Part shown: positions 40,935-52,403 of the stretch, piece after piece
Layout of the letters: each line of letters begins with the position of its first letter
Numbering within the stretch: the first letter of the stretch is position 1
Assembly (NCBI GenBank): GCA_964016885.1
Contig: OZ024745.1
Coordinates: 48,236,001 to 48,300,000 of the forward strand
DNA from: Eledone cirrhosa
Lineage: Eukaryota
Direction: 5' to 3'
Length of the DNA stretch: 64,000 nucleotides
The notes under the pieces: generated by a model
What the model was told of the DNA's origin: nothing
The model's database searches: none
Seen by the model: only the letters and a program-made list of their open reading frames with translations
Translations under genes and position numbers: made by a program

Positions 40935-41205
40935 AATGGAAATTTTTGAGACAAGCCAACAAACTCGCAGCATTACCATGGGTGATGGGGAGGCTAAAGT
41001 ACTAAAACAACCAAGCACCCTCCTGGGTGTAACCTGACACCTCGGTAAGGTGAGCCACTAATGGTGTCAAGAACTTCTCTGATCGCTACAGGCTGGAAAG
41101 AATAGTTAGTTGATAATTCCCAGTATTTTAGGATTCTATTACGTTTGGCTACGGAAGCAGTGACCTTCACATTTACAACAGCATCCAGGATGTGGGAGGG
41201 AGCAA
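40935..41205 (-). mobile_element. CRE-like non-LTR retrotransposon C-terminal restriction-like endonuclease remnant
   Basis: Minus strand gives APSHIL...KRNRILKYWELSTNYSFQPVAI (K..KY..L...Y.F.P.A.E motif), followed by SLPITHGNAASLLACL (like QRGNAAS). Confidence 0.6.
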
Positions 41206-41519
41206 AAGAGTAATTGAATGGTTTAAATAACAAAGATTATCCAAACGTAAAAAAAATGTTCCTTTAATACATTATGAAAATTTGAAGTTTGCAAAACAAA
41301 TTCAAAAAGAAAAGGCAGAAGAAATTATGTAAAATAAGGAAAAACAAGAAATGAATTAAATATAAAAGAAGTTTCAAATTACTTGATATTTCTTCTGGTA
41401 AATATCAACAACCAGATGTGTTTAAGTGTGACGTAAAATATTTTACATCTCTCATCTATAATATATGTTATACAAGAAACTTTTGTAATTCTATATTTGA
41501 CAGTTCTCATTTATAATAT

Positions 41520-42428
41520 ACTAGCAGTGGTACCCGGGCGTTGCACGGGATAAGGTATTTTGGAACGCGGGCCACCAACAGACCTAATTATGGAAAAACT
41601 GCATGCCTGGACAATATGTAAAGAAAATAAACCGAATACTCTGATGGCTGGATAATCTTTAAGATTTTCCTCGATGAAGCAGGAAAAATGCAGGTTTTCA
41701 CCAAATGCGGGCCCTAGGGGATCAAGAAAATGAATTTTTTTAATGTGCATAATATGCCTTGAAATTTCGGGGAAATTGGCTAGACATAACGCCTCAAAAA
41801 AGCCCTAAAAAGCTGAAAAAATGAAGTTTTTCACCTAAAGCGGGCCCTAGGCCATAAACAAATTGGATTTTCTTTGCTCGCTATATGAAGAAGAGACTGA
41901 CTAATACATAGTTACAATTTCAAGGAAATCGGTCTGATGTAACGCCTCAAAAAAACCCTAAAAAGTTTTTAAAAAACGCAGTTTTTCACCTAATGCGAGC
42001 CCTAGATCAAAAAGTTGAATTTTATGTGCATAACACTCCCTGAAACATAATACACATGTAAAGTTTGAATAAAATCGGTTGGGTACTTCTCGAGTTTTAG
42101 GGATTCAAACTCTCACACACACACACACACACACATCTTCAGGGAAGTGACGTAATGCAGACAGCCAGACATACAGACAGATATTATACGTTATATGTAT
42201 GTATCTATTTAAAAAGAGAAAGACTAAGAATTATAGAGAGAGATCGCTAAATCGCCTAATGTGGTCCTTATGGCATTGAAAATTTGAATTTGTTTTTGCA
42301 GAACACTCCCTGAAACATATGTATTACATGTGTAAAGTTTGAAAACAGTCGGTTGGGTGGTTCTCGAGTTTTAGGGATTCAAACTCACACACACACACAG
42401 ACAGACATCCTCAGTTTTATATATATAG
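41520..42428 (+). mobile_element. Non-autonomous Helitron/Helentron-associated (HINE/DINE-1-like) element with internal core repeats
   Basis: Starts ACTAGCAGTGGTACCCGGGCGTTGCACGGG with a subterminal hairpin. Three ~135-155 bp spaced cores (TTTTCACC..ATGCGGGCCCTAG), a duplicated end block with (CA)n, ending CAGACAGACATCCTCAGTTTTATATATATAG. Confidence 0.65.
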
Positions 42429-42506
42429 ACTAGCAGAAAACCGCCCATGGGTGGTTTTCTGCTAGTATATATATATATTACACACACAGAAATGTATATA
42501 TATTTC

Positions 42507-42551
<45 letters not shown>

Positions 42552-42997
42552 CACACACACAGAAATGTATATATGTTTCTGTAGCACTCCTCAATTCCTC
42601 CCTCTCTCCCTCCCGCTATCCCCCTCTTGTAGTCTGTCTCTTTCTTTCACTCTCTCTCTATGCGTGCGCAAAAAACATTCGCACGCGCGCACATGTTTTA
42701 GCATCTATTCACTCTCTCTCCCTCTCTCCCTCCCGCTATCCCCCTCTCGTAGTCTGTCTCTTTCTTTCACTCTACGCATGCGCAAAAAACATTCGCACGC
42801 GCGCACGTGTTTTAGCGTCTATTCACTCTCTCTCTCTCTCTCTCTCCCTCTCTCCCTCCCGCTATCCCCCTCTCGTAGTCTGTCTCTTTCTTTCACTCTC
42901 ACTCTACGCGTGCACAAAAAACATTCGCACGCGCGTACGTGTTTCCACTGTCGGACAGACAGACAGAGAAATTGCTGGTTATATATTATAAGGAGAT
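42429..42997 (+). mobile_element. Second HINE-like element with three ~120-bp CT-rich core repeats
   Basis: Starts with the ACTAGCAG palindrome. Three copies of CCCTCTCTCCCTCCCGCTATCCCCCTCT...AAACATTCGCACGCGCG (42600-42945). Ends GACAGACAGACAGAG...TATATATTATAAGGAGAT. Confidence 0.55.
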
Positions 42998-43172
42998 AAT
43001 ACAAACTTTTGCAATATTACATTTTTGAAAGGTGAATATAAAGCTTATTAAAGATTAGGATAAGGAGTGTATTACATATATAGTAGTAGCAACAACAGTA
43101 GCATTATTAGTAGTAACTGTAGCAGTGGAGACTTCTGACATTCTTGGCCCCCATCTCACATCATTACTTATC

Positions 43173-43361
43173 GGTGAATTGGCAGTATCGGTAGAGGGTC
43201 GGACGCCATGCTTTCCAGCATAGGTTACACTCTTTTATGGTCTGAGTTCAAATCCCGTCGAGGTTAACTTTGCCTTTCATCCTTACGGGGTCGATAAAAT
43301 AAAGTACCAGTAATGCACTGATATAATTGCTGGCCTTGTGCCTATAGTAGAAACAATTATT
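43173..43361 (+). mobile_element. tRNA-derived SINE family 1
   Basis: A box TGGCAGTATCGG, B box GAGTTCAAATCCC, body TTTGCCTTTCATCCTTACGGGGTCGATAAAATAAAGTACCAGT, tail GAAACAATTATT. Many copies in the window. Confidence 0.9.
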
Positions 43362-43586
43362 GGATACTCTGCAAATTGGAATGGCTTTTTCAATGTGTCT
43401 CCCTCGTTATTCTCTTGGGTAACATTTTCTCCATTCTCTCTGCATGTCAAAGGGCATTCCCCCAGCTTATATCATTGACATCTGTCCCCACAGTACAATA
43501 CAGAACACTTCTTGAAGCTAAAAGAACACACAATGATGTTTATAAGTGTTTATTAAGCAGCTGAGTGTGTATTATTACTCCCTTGA

Positions 43587-43797
43587 CCCTTTAGCATTTA
43601 AACTGGCTGTATCTGGCCAGAATTCTCTTACCTCTTTCTGTTAAAACCAGCTGTAACCTTAACAGATGTTAAGGTATTGTTCTCGAAAGAAATATCAAAA
43701 TCTCATAGATTAGATATTATGAGAGATAATTATGTGCGGTAAAGCCTTTACCATGAAAATATAATAGTAAATATAGAGTAATATAAATGCTAAAAGG
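43587..43797 (+). mobile_element. piggyBac-like MITE family A
   Basis: CCCTTTAGCATTTA...TAAATGCTAAAAGG|TTAA, colinear with 35823-36028. Confidence 0.85.
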
Positions 43798-44079
43798 TTA
43801 AAACACAACAAACATTAACACAGTCACTGTAAGCAAGAGAGCCATTTAATATACAGCTGAACTGGCTAAACTGATAAATAATCAAAACCTTAAATCTATC
43901 AAAAATAGAAATGAAATTCCATCCTGAATATAAATGTTATTTTAAGTTCTAATCAGGCCAAACCAAAGGTAGAGACTAGTTGCCCTTCGATTTTGAGTGG
44001 GCTGGCTCTCCTTGAGTTCTAGCTTTTTAATTCAATTTTACTGCTTGCAAGTACACCATGTACATAACATAAGTGCATG

Positions 44080-44208
44080 TGTGTTGAGTAGACTAAATCA
44101 TCATGAAATAAAGAGTCTTGCTCAAGGAGAGAATGTGCTACTGGGAATTGAACTCATGATGTTACAATTGTGAGCTGAACATCCTAATCACTAATCCATG
44201 TGCCTTCA
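44080..44208 (-). mobile_element. 5' half of the 37502-type SINE
   Basis: Reverse complement of the tRNA head and CTTGAGCAAGAC domain. Confidence 0.7.
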
Positions 44209-44399
44209 CACACAACACATACATGTGGTAAGGACAGATAATTAAAATATTTAATGAGCAATTTGAAATAGGGCTTATATTTCACACATGGCCTGGATCT
44301 ACTGTCAACTTTGGAGACCTACAACTTACATCCAACCTGAGCCTATTACCAGCTTTGCATTGGCCTGGTTGTAATTACAGATTGCAACTATTAGTTCTA

Positions 44400-45425
44400 C
44401 ATTTATAAGTTTGTATGTATGAACAGCAATGCTATATGGAAGTGAGACTTTGGCAATATATGTTTAGGACATAGGCAGATTGGAAAGGAATGAAGCTTGT
44501 TTGCTTTGATTGATATGTAATAGAATGGAAAAGTGTCAATGAACTGAGAGAGAAACTGGACATAAGAGGAGGTCAGATTCAGTGTGCAGGAGAGAAGATT
44601 GTGGTGGTATGGAGGATGACAGCTATATAAAAAGATGCAGGATGCTCAGTCAATGGAAACTATGAAAGGAAGACCTAGGAGAGCTTCGGATGAAATTATA
44701 AAAGCCGATCTTGCCCAATTAAAACCCTCAAAGGAGATGATACAGGATCAAGATCTTTGGCATCATGTACTGCAGAAGACCCACCTTCTCTCCCACATGC
44801 ACAGGATGAAACAAATGTGCAGAGGACACTAGCCTGCACCAATCTTCTCTTTACCCTTTCTCCATTCATCCGCCCCAGTCTTAATACCCCCGCCCCATCA
44901 GGTAAATATCCAACTCACCTCATCCATGTTGAACTTATTACATGTTCCCCCTCGCAAATCCTTACTCCCCCCCCCCTTCTCCCACCAATATACCTCACCT
45001 ACCCAACCCATGCATATAAGCATTGAAATCTGGACATGCTCTACTTCTGATCTCCCATAATGCTACTGCCACAACAAAAAAGTATGAAGTCCACTCTGTA
45101 TAGTGATCTGGTGCCATGATGACAAAAGCACCCAGTCCACCTTGTAAGGAGGTCATTTTGGTGAACCAACAAAAAGCACTCAGTCCATTATGTAAGTGGT
45201 TGTGCTGGTGACATGATGAAAAGCACCTAGTCCAATCTTTTAGATGGTTGTTTTAGTGCCACAATAAAAAACACCCAGTCTACACAGTAATATGGTTGAC
45301 ATTAGGAAGGACATCTAGCCATAGAAGCCAAGCTTAAATATAGATCCGTCTGAGCAAGACGTGAATGTATAACCCATCTAACCCATGCAAGCATGGAAAA
45401 ATAGACGTTAAACGATAATGATGAT
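44400..45425 (+). mobile_element. Decayed RTE LINE 3' end with its 3' UTR and (GAT)n tail
   Basis: TAMLYGSETLA..RLERNEA and KGRPRRASDEIIKADL motifs. The UTR matches 55530-56040 and ends AAATAGACGTTAAACGATAATGATGAT. Confidence 0.8.
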
Positions 45426-45881
45426 ATGGTATAAGCTACAAAAACTGATTTGATGTAGTCAAAAACTGTTGTATAAGCATCCTGACATCATCATCATCAA
45501 TATCGTTTATCATCTATCTTCCATGCAAAACTATTTGATGTAGTCATTTCTTGTTCTGTCACTTGTCTTTCTGATATAGAAAAGAAAGGAAAAGAGCCGA
45601 TCATCAGATATGACTAAGAAAACAATGTTTCCATCAGTATCTTCATTGCTGGTACTATCTGCAAATTGTAACTTCTGGCAGAGGAGGTGGAATTTAGACT
45701 CAAAATTACCAGAACTGAATCAGATACCACAAAGCCTCCCATCCAACTCTTTAACAATTCTGCCAATCTACCATCCCTGGACTGGTACTTTATTTTATCG
45801 ATCCTCAAAAGATGAGAGACTAAGTTGACTTCTGCGGGATTTGAACTCACAGCACAGTAAACCAGAACAAATAGTGAGGTA

Positions 45882-46310
45882 CTTAATCCGACACTCTAGT
45901 GACTCTAGCAATTTAATCTGACACCCTAGTGACTACCAATTTAATCTGACACCCTAGTGACTCTACCAATTTAATCCGACACTCTAGTGACTCTACCAAT
46001 TTAATCTGACACTCTAGTGACTACCAATTTAATCTGACACCCTAGTGACTCTACCAATTTAATCCGACACTCTGGTGACTCTACCAATTTAATCTGACAC
46101 CCTAGTAACTCTACCAATTTAATCTGACACTCTAGTGACTACCAATTTAATCTGACACCCTAGTGACTACCAATTTAATCTGACACCCTAGTGACTCTAC
46201 CAATTTAATCTGACACTCTGGTGACTCTACCAATTTAATCTGACACCCTAGTGACTCTACCAATTTAATCTGACACCCTAGTGACTCTACCAATTTAATC
46301 TGACTCTAGT
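45882..46310. repeat. 28/30-bp minisatellite (CTCTACCAATTTAATCTGACACCCTAGTGA), about 14 units, inside a minus-strand SINE (from ~45775)
   Basis: Tandem units seen directly. The preceding sequence is SINE family 1 on the minus strand. Confidence 0.92.
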
Positions 46311-46574
46311 AATTGCAATTTCACTGTCTTAATAATAACGAACATTTCATTCATGTTAACTAGAGAAATACTAGAGAAGTTATTTAAAAGTTATGAACTA
46401 CTTCATTTTTAAATAATAGATAAGTTGGGTTATTCAAACAACAATTGACAGTGAATGAAATTACACAATTGCAGACCTTGCTAACCTCTAAAAACGCAAA
46501 CGAGAAGTACCATGAAAAAAAGTGCCCCTAAACGGGGGGAGGGGGAGGCAAAATAGGGAGATTTTACATAATGA

Positions 46575-46791
46575 TTTCGGATTTAGGCACAAGGCCAGCA
46601 ATTTTGGGGGAGGGGGGAAAGTCGATTAAATCGACCTCCAGTGCATTACTGGTGCTTTATTTTATCGACCCCGTAAGGATGGAAGGCAAAGCTAACCTCG
46701 GCGGAATTTGAACTCATAACGTAAAGGGCCGTAACTCTCTGCCACAAAGCAGGGTGTGCGACGTTCTACCGATACTGCCAATCCACCGCCC
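46575..46791 (-). mobile_element. tRNA-derived SINE family 1, full length
   Basis: Full reverse-complement copy with flanking direct repeat ACATAATGA (46566-46574, 46794-46802). Confidence 0.9.
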
Positions 46792-47549
46792 AAACATAAT
46801 GAAAGCTATACCCATTTCGCAAGAGAATACATCTCTCCCCGTCGGACGGGGAGAGTTGACAGGTCTGCAATTGTGATACTTCTGTTGTTCCATATTTAAA
46901 GAAAGGCAAGATAATCTTTATCATGAACAACTAAACTGTAGAGAAATTCTTTCAATCTCTATGGACATATTCCTTTGCCAGAATTATATTCACTTATATA
47001 AGTTCTACTTTTTGCTTAATAAAGAGACTTATCTAAACGTGTCTCCCCTTACCCACTCCAATCCCGTAGCATTATGAAAAAAAAGGTTCTCTTCCACTCT
47101 ACATTTAAAGGATCTACCAACCACAGAGATACTCCAGTACATGGAGGCTAAGAAAAGATTCAGCTACAGAAACGTTTAGTTGCTTCACCCCCGTCCTTAT
47201 TTTTTTTAATTTCTGCTTCTTTTCTCTTTCTCTCTCTTGTTATTATTTCTTAGTTTTAAGGCGTATTAAATACTTCTCATAGACTGTCATGGCTTACTGA
47301 CTCTATACGGACGTTTAAATTGAATAAATAAATAAATAATATACAAACAGAATTCAATAGAAATTGATCAGCGAATGCTGATGTTTCCCTCTTACAAGTA
47401 TAAGCGGAACAATTCCTTAACTTTAACCCTTTTTGAAAATATAACGACATTATGCTATATCTTATGAAGAATTTCAATTAAAAAAATATGAAAACACTAA
47501 ATATATAAATATATAATTATATTTAAAAATAAAGAAGTCATTGTTTAGT

Positions 47550-47650
47550 TAATTCGGAAATGTAAAATAGTCTGAAGGGAAGTTATCGTTCTTGGTTGTT
47601 CACGTGACTTGGTGTTGATAATCAGACGATGCAAGAAATGTAGTCGCAGT
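47550..47650 (+). promoter_or_regulatory. Probable MOSMO proximal promoter
   Basis: Locally CpG-enriched. TCACGTGAC E-box (47600-47608), CGGAAAT Ets-like site (~47555), GACTACATTTC-like motif on the minus strand (47635-47645), 160-250 bp upstream of the ATG. Confidence 0.45.
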
Positions 47651-47807
47651 TTTCTTTAATCAAGACTGTTAAATGACAGTTTTAAAACGGGCAACTAAGT
47701 TTTTTTTTCCATCTAGAAATATATTAAACCAAAAATAACACATAGAGTTTTTAAAAGCCCCCCTCTCCCCAGAAATTTTGCGGATTTGGAAATAACAAAG
47801 TAAGAAA

Positions 47808-47910
47808 ATGGATAAGCTGAGCATAATTTCAATGGCATTTTTTTTCGCAGCAGATCTTTTAGCAGTAGCCAGCATTACAATGCCAAACTGGATAGTGTCA
47901 GAAATAGGAG
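47808..47910 (+). CDS. MOSMO: Modulator of Smoothened (C16orf52/ATTHOG ortholog), coding exon 1
   Basis: MDKLSIISMAFFFAADLLAVASITMPNWIVSEIG matches the MOSMO N-terminus (MDKLTIIS..LFLAAD.FAIAS...PDWI). Donor G|GTAAGT, phase 1. Confidence 0.93.
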
Positions 47911-48714
47911 GTAAGTATTATCTGAATGTTCATTGGAATATATCGTTAAAAGCGAAGAATTATATATTATGTAATTTGATTCATAGAAACACTCGTTCAA
48001 GGCGAGTATTGTGTTTGTTGTTAAATACACACTATGGCGATTTTTCAATTTTATCATGATATCCATCTCATTTTTTATCTACAAAATAATTACAAAAATT
48101 TGCCAAGGGAAATAAAATGAGAGAATATAATATATAATCGATAATATTATGATTGCTAATATTCTATTATTTTCTGTATGTTTATACATATGGATATATA
48201 TATATAATTAATCTTCAGTTTTATTTAAATTAACTCCCTTTGATTTAACACAAATTTAGATTAATGAAGAGATTTAAATTATGTTTATTTTTGGAAATGT
48301 GATTTGTCGAAGATGAGTTTAGATGAATTGTGTCTTCATCAGTAAACTCATTCTGCTGGTAATTAAACATTTATCTTTTAACGTAATATTTCGTGTAACT
48401 AGAAGTTTTTGTCCAAAAGCGGGTAGTGAGAGAGAATTTATTCTTTTAAATACAATTTCTTATAGAAATATATATATTTTAATTGTTTGTTTCAATCCTA
48501 AATAATTTGCATCAAAGCAATTTATGCGTATTTGCTATGTGAAACAAGTCATGTTTATGTTCAACCTAAATCATCATCATCATATATCCGTATTCCAAAT
48601 TGGCATGGGTTTTGAGGGATCATCATGGTCCGAGATTTGACATGTTTGAGAATAACGTCTTGCTCATACGATCCATAATTTGGTATGATTTAATAATAAT
48701 AATAATGATTTCTT

Positions 48715-50109
48715 TATATAATACTAATGAAATTATTGTGTACAGTGCTCAGATACACTACAACTCATCAAAGGTGCATGTATAGTACATAGAATAATTG
48801 TTTATACTTTTGGCACAAGGCCTGCAATTACCCAGTGTATTACTGGTACTTTATTTTATCGACCCCGTAAGGATGAAAGGCAAAGTCAACCTTGGCGGGA
48901 TTTGAACTCAGATCGTAAAGGGAAGTAACCATGCTGGAAAGCATGGCGTCCGACCCTCTACCGATCAATGTACAAATGTCAGGAAAATGAACAGTGTACG
49001 AGTCATGAAATACATGTGTACGTGTGTATGGAGGGGGGACATCAGGTGTTGGCGAATCTCAGGAAGCATGGAGGTTTTAAAGGATGCAGTGTCTCGACAG
49101 CTAACAACTGATGCAGGTAGTTTGTTCCATACTTCAGCAACTCTAAGCGTGAAAAAATGTTTCCGAAAGTCATGGGAACTGTGCTGTTTTCTGACTTTGT
49201 GGGCATGCCCACGTGTGTTAGACACATGGAAATCAAAAAGGTGCTCAGGGTTGTTGTTGGCAAGATGGTTAATAATTTTGTGGATGTTTACCAAGTCAGT
49301 TGCCAGACGTCGGAGCTTCAATGTATCCATGCCCAGGGAAGCAAGGTGTTCAGAGTATGGTAGATGCCTGATGGAGGGTATTCGCTTGGTTGCACATCTC
49401 TGAACAGTTTCCAGGCAGTCAATGTTCTGAGCAAGATAGGGGTACCAGACTGGTGATGCAAATTCTAAGTGTGGCCACATCATAGCTATATACAGCTTTA
49501 TATAGATAGCTGGAGAGCGGCTGACAAAGTTCTTGCTGAGTGATGCTAAGACACCCTCGGACTTCATGACAATTTTAGAGACATGCTTCGTCCAACGCAA
49601 ATCGCTGCTGACAGTAATGCCCAGGTCACGTTCACAAGAAGACTTCTTGATATTAGTATTGTGGAGGGAGTATGTGGACGCTGGATTTTTACTCTCAAAA
49701 TGCATGGTGGTACACTTGTCCACAGCCAACTTCAGTTGCGAGTCCGTGATCCATTGTTGCATTGTGTCCAGGTCTGATTGCAGGAAAGATCTATAGTGTT
49801 CAGGATCTGTCCTTTTTATCTCAAGGTACAGCTTGATGTCATCTGCATATTTCAGTACTGTGACATTCTTTAAGTTGGCATCTAAGTCATTAATATATGC
49901 CACAAACAAAAGGGGGCCAAGAACAGATCCCTGTGGTACACCAGATGACATCTCATATGGTGAGGAATGCTACCCTAGAACCGTGACTACCTCTCTTCGA
50001 CTGAGAATGAAGGACTTCAACCAGTTAAAAAGATCATCCTTCACACCCATTGCAGAGAGTTTTGCCATAAGTCTTTTGTGTGGCACAGAATTGAAAGCTT
50101 TACTGAAGG
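48715..50109 (-). mobile_element. 5'-truncated CR1/L2-group LINE (RT C-terminal half plus 3' UTR), antisense in MOSMO intron 1
   Basis: FSKAFNSVPH, GVPQGSVLGPLLF, YADD, ERDLG, PHLEFASPVW, TRGH motifs. In-frame stop at ~49970. The 3' UTR is split by a SINE at 48792-48965. Confidence 0.93.
48792..48965 (-). mobile_element. SINE family 1 (slightly 5'-truncated) nested in the LINE 3' UTR
   Basis: Reverse complement of the SINE body. The LINE tail (GAGCACTGTACACAATAATTTCATT on minus) resumes beyond it. Confidence 0.9.
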
Positions 50110-50794
50110 TATTTGGTGTATTTTATTGTGGCACCAGTACCACGATAAAATGGTACTTAACATTCTGAGTTCAAATCCAAGAATAACTTTGCCTTTCAGT
50201 CTTCGGGAGCCGATAAATAAAGTACCACTCAAGTACTAGTGTTCATTTAATCAACTTTGCTAGCCCCCCATTGAATGTTTGCAACATGGTGAAATCAAAG
50301 ACACCCAAGAATGAAATGTTAGAAGTTTGGGATGGGAGGTATGATTGGGAAAGTGGGCCACTACTTCAGATTGAACTAAATAAAGGGTCAGCTACTAAAG
50401 TCAAATTAAGTTTGGGGTCATATGCTACTTAATTACTTAGTTAACCAGGAAGGTGTTATCCCCACGGTTGGTACAGTAGTATTATAGGTAATTGATATAA
50501 GAGCAGAGAAGATGCTTAGTAAGAAGCCTGAAACTATCGAAATGAAATTGACCAATTTTTTAAAGGAGTTGAGAGAGTTAGCTTCAGGTTTGTGTCAGAT
50601 CAGGAAACCACTTAAGCCATATTTCCTGCTAAAATTAAAACCACTCTATGGGGTGAGTCAAGTAACTGGACAGTCCAACATTTATATTCCAAGTGACAAT
50701 ATTTACTAAAATTTTGGTCATACAGTATGAAATTATAAATATCAAACAAAAGTTGTTAAAAATATCACATACAAATAAGCAGGTGTTCAAAAGA

Positions 50795-50888
50795 TTTGCC
50801 TTTCATCCTTACGGGGGTCGATAAAATAAAGTACCAGTAATACACTGGGATAATTGCTGGCCTTGTGCCAAAAGTAGAAACAATTATT
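50795..50888 (+). mobile_element. 3' half of SINE family 1
   Basis: TTTGCCTTTCATCCTTACGGGGGTCGATAAAATAAAGTACC...GAAACAATTATT. Confidence 0.88.
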
Positions 50889-51499
50889 AATAAGTTGTCT
50901 GACAAACCTATCTAATCTCTCTCTATCTATGTATGGTTTGTGTTTAGCAAAGTTAGATTTGGCAGAGCCAAATTTATTGTTCAGGTAGGTAGGTGTACAC
51001 TAGGGCTCTGTCCACAGACCTCTTTTAATTAATATAATTCTTGAGATTATAACCCAAGGACCCAGGACTTGAGATCTTTTACATGCTGATTACCTAGATC
51101 TCATAGAATCTATCAAAGAGTCACAGTGAAAGTTCCACACTTGGAAGCATGGTTTGGATTTCAAAGACTACATTATAAGCTTATAACAACAGAAAGCACA
51201 ACATCCTTGAGAAGTGGCCTAGTTCAATAAGTAGGATCTCAATATGGCATATACATTGCCAAAAAAAAAAGGGGGGGGGGCTATGCCAAGGTGTAGTGGG
51301 ACCTCTGATACACAGAAGCAGGGTTTCAGATATAATAGATGCACACAAGTCATTCGCAATCAGAGTATGTCTTTTGTTTTTCTTTATGATTCGGTTTTAT
51401 TACTATTGTTTATATGTAACATTAAGTGACTATAGTTTATGTGTTATAATTGTTTTTTTCATTATTTGTTTTGTTCAACTGAATTTCATTTTCATTTAG

Positions 51500-51715
51500 G
51501 TGCAACCTCTATTGGATTATTGAAAACCTGTCTTACAATATATGAAAGAGCAACTGTATGTTACAACCCAGAACCTCCACGAGCTGAATGGTTCATTACT
51601 TTCATTTGCATAGTACTTGGGATTGGTGCAATAACATCTACTATTTTACTCCTTTGGTTTTCTTTCTGGCACTATAGAGCAATTAAATTTGCTCGTTGGC
51701 TTGGTTTCATTGCAA
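51500..51715 (+). CDS. MOSMO: MOSMO coding exon 2
   Basis: Acceptor TTCATTTAG|, 216 nt, ATSIGLLKTCLTIYERATVCYNPEPPRAEWFITF...ARWLGFIA with the claudin-like GL...C..C motif. Donor A|GTAAGT. Confidence 0.93.
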
Positions 51716-51726
51716 GTAAGTATTAA

Positions 51727-51969
51727 CTCTTTTGATACGAAACTATCCTTGGTTCTATGATATAAAGCTGTTTGTTTTAAAGTGTTTATGTTTATCTAAA
51801 AGTTTTCCATCATAATTCTATGTAAAAACGTTTAAATTATGTTTGAAACAGCAGCTTAATAATGAGTAGGTTAGTTTTATCACTAAATCCGTCCAAATTC
51901 TTGATTATTTTCAAAATTATTTGAAAAACATTGGCAGTATCTTTCATTTGAAATTTGATAATGAAAGAG
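51727..51969 (+). mobile_element. piggyBac-like MITE family B in MOSMO intron 2
   Basis: TTAA|CTCTTTTGATA...TAATGAAAGAG|TTAA. Confidence 0.75.
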
Positions 51970-52403
51970 TTAAATAAAAGTAGTTTTATGATTCTTTCTT
52001 TCATAAATGATCTTTTGAAAATTCTAAATGTTTTTATATCCATGTTTCTATAAGTATAAGTATTGTTTTACAAATTCACATCTTTTTATTAAAATAATGA
52101 GTACCAGCAGTAGCTGGGAGTTGACCCTGTGATAGACTGGTATCCAGTACAGGAGAGTGTTTTGTACTCTTAGTCTCTGAGGAAACAGGGAGAAGTACTG
52201 GCTTGGTGAGAATCCAGGCTTGGGATAAACTTTAAATTAATGAAGAAATTATATAACAAATTTTATCTGCAATTTATATGTGAATATGAATATATTAATG
52301 AGTAAGGAAAAATAAGGATATATGTATAATTGTACATTTTTCTTCATTATTTCATAAGCAATGAAACTAATAACAATGTTTTATATATTTTTTTTTTAAT
52401 TAG

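Noticed and set aside
42371-43004. 159-163 aa ORFs
   Set aside because: Translations of microsatellite and HINE core repeats.
48965-49951. Functional reverse transcriptase gene
   Set aside because: 5'-truncated LINE with no endonuclease, an upstream in-frame stop and a lost native stop.
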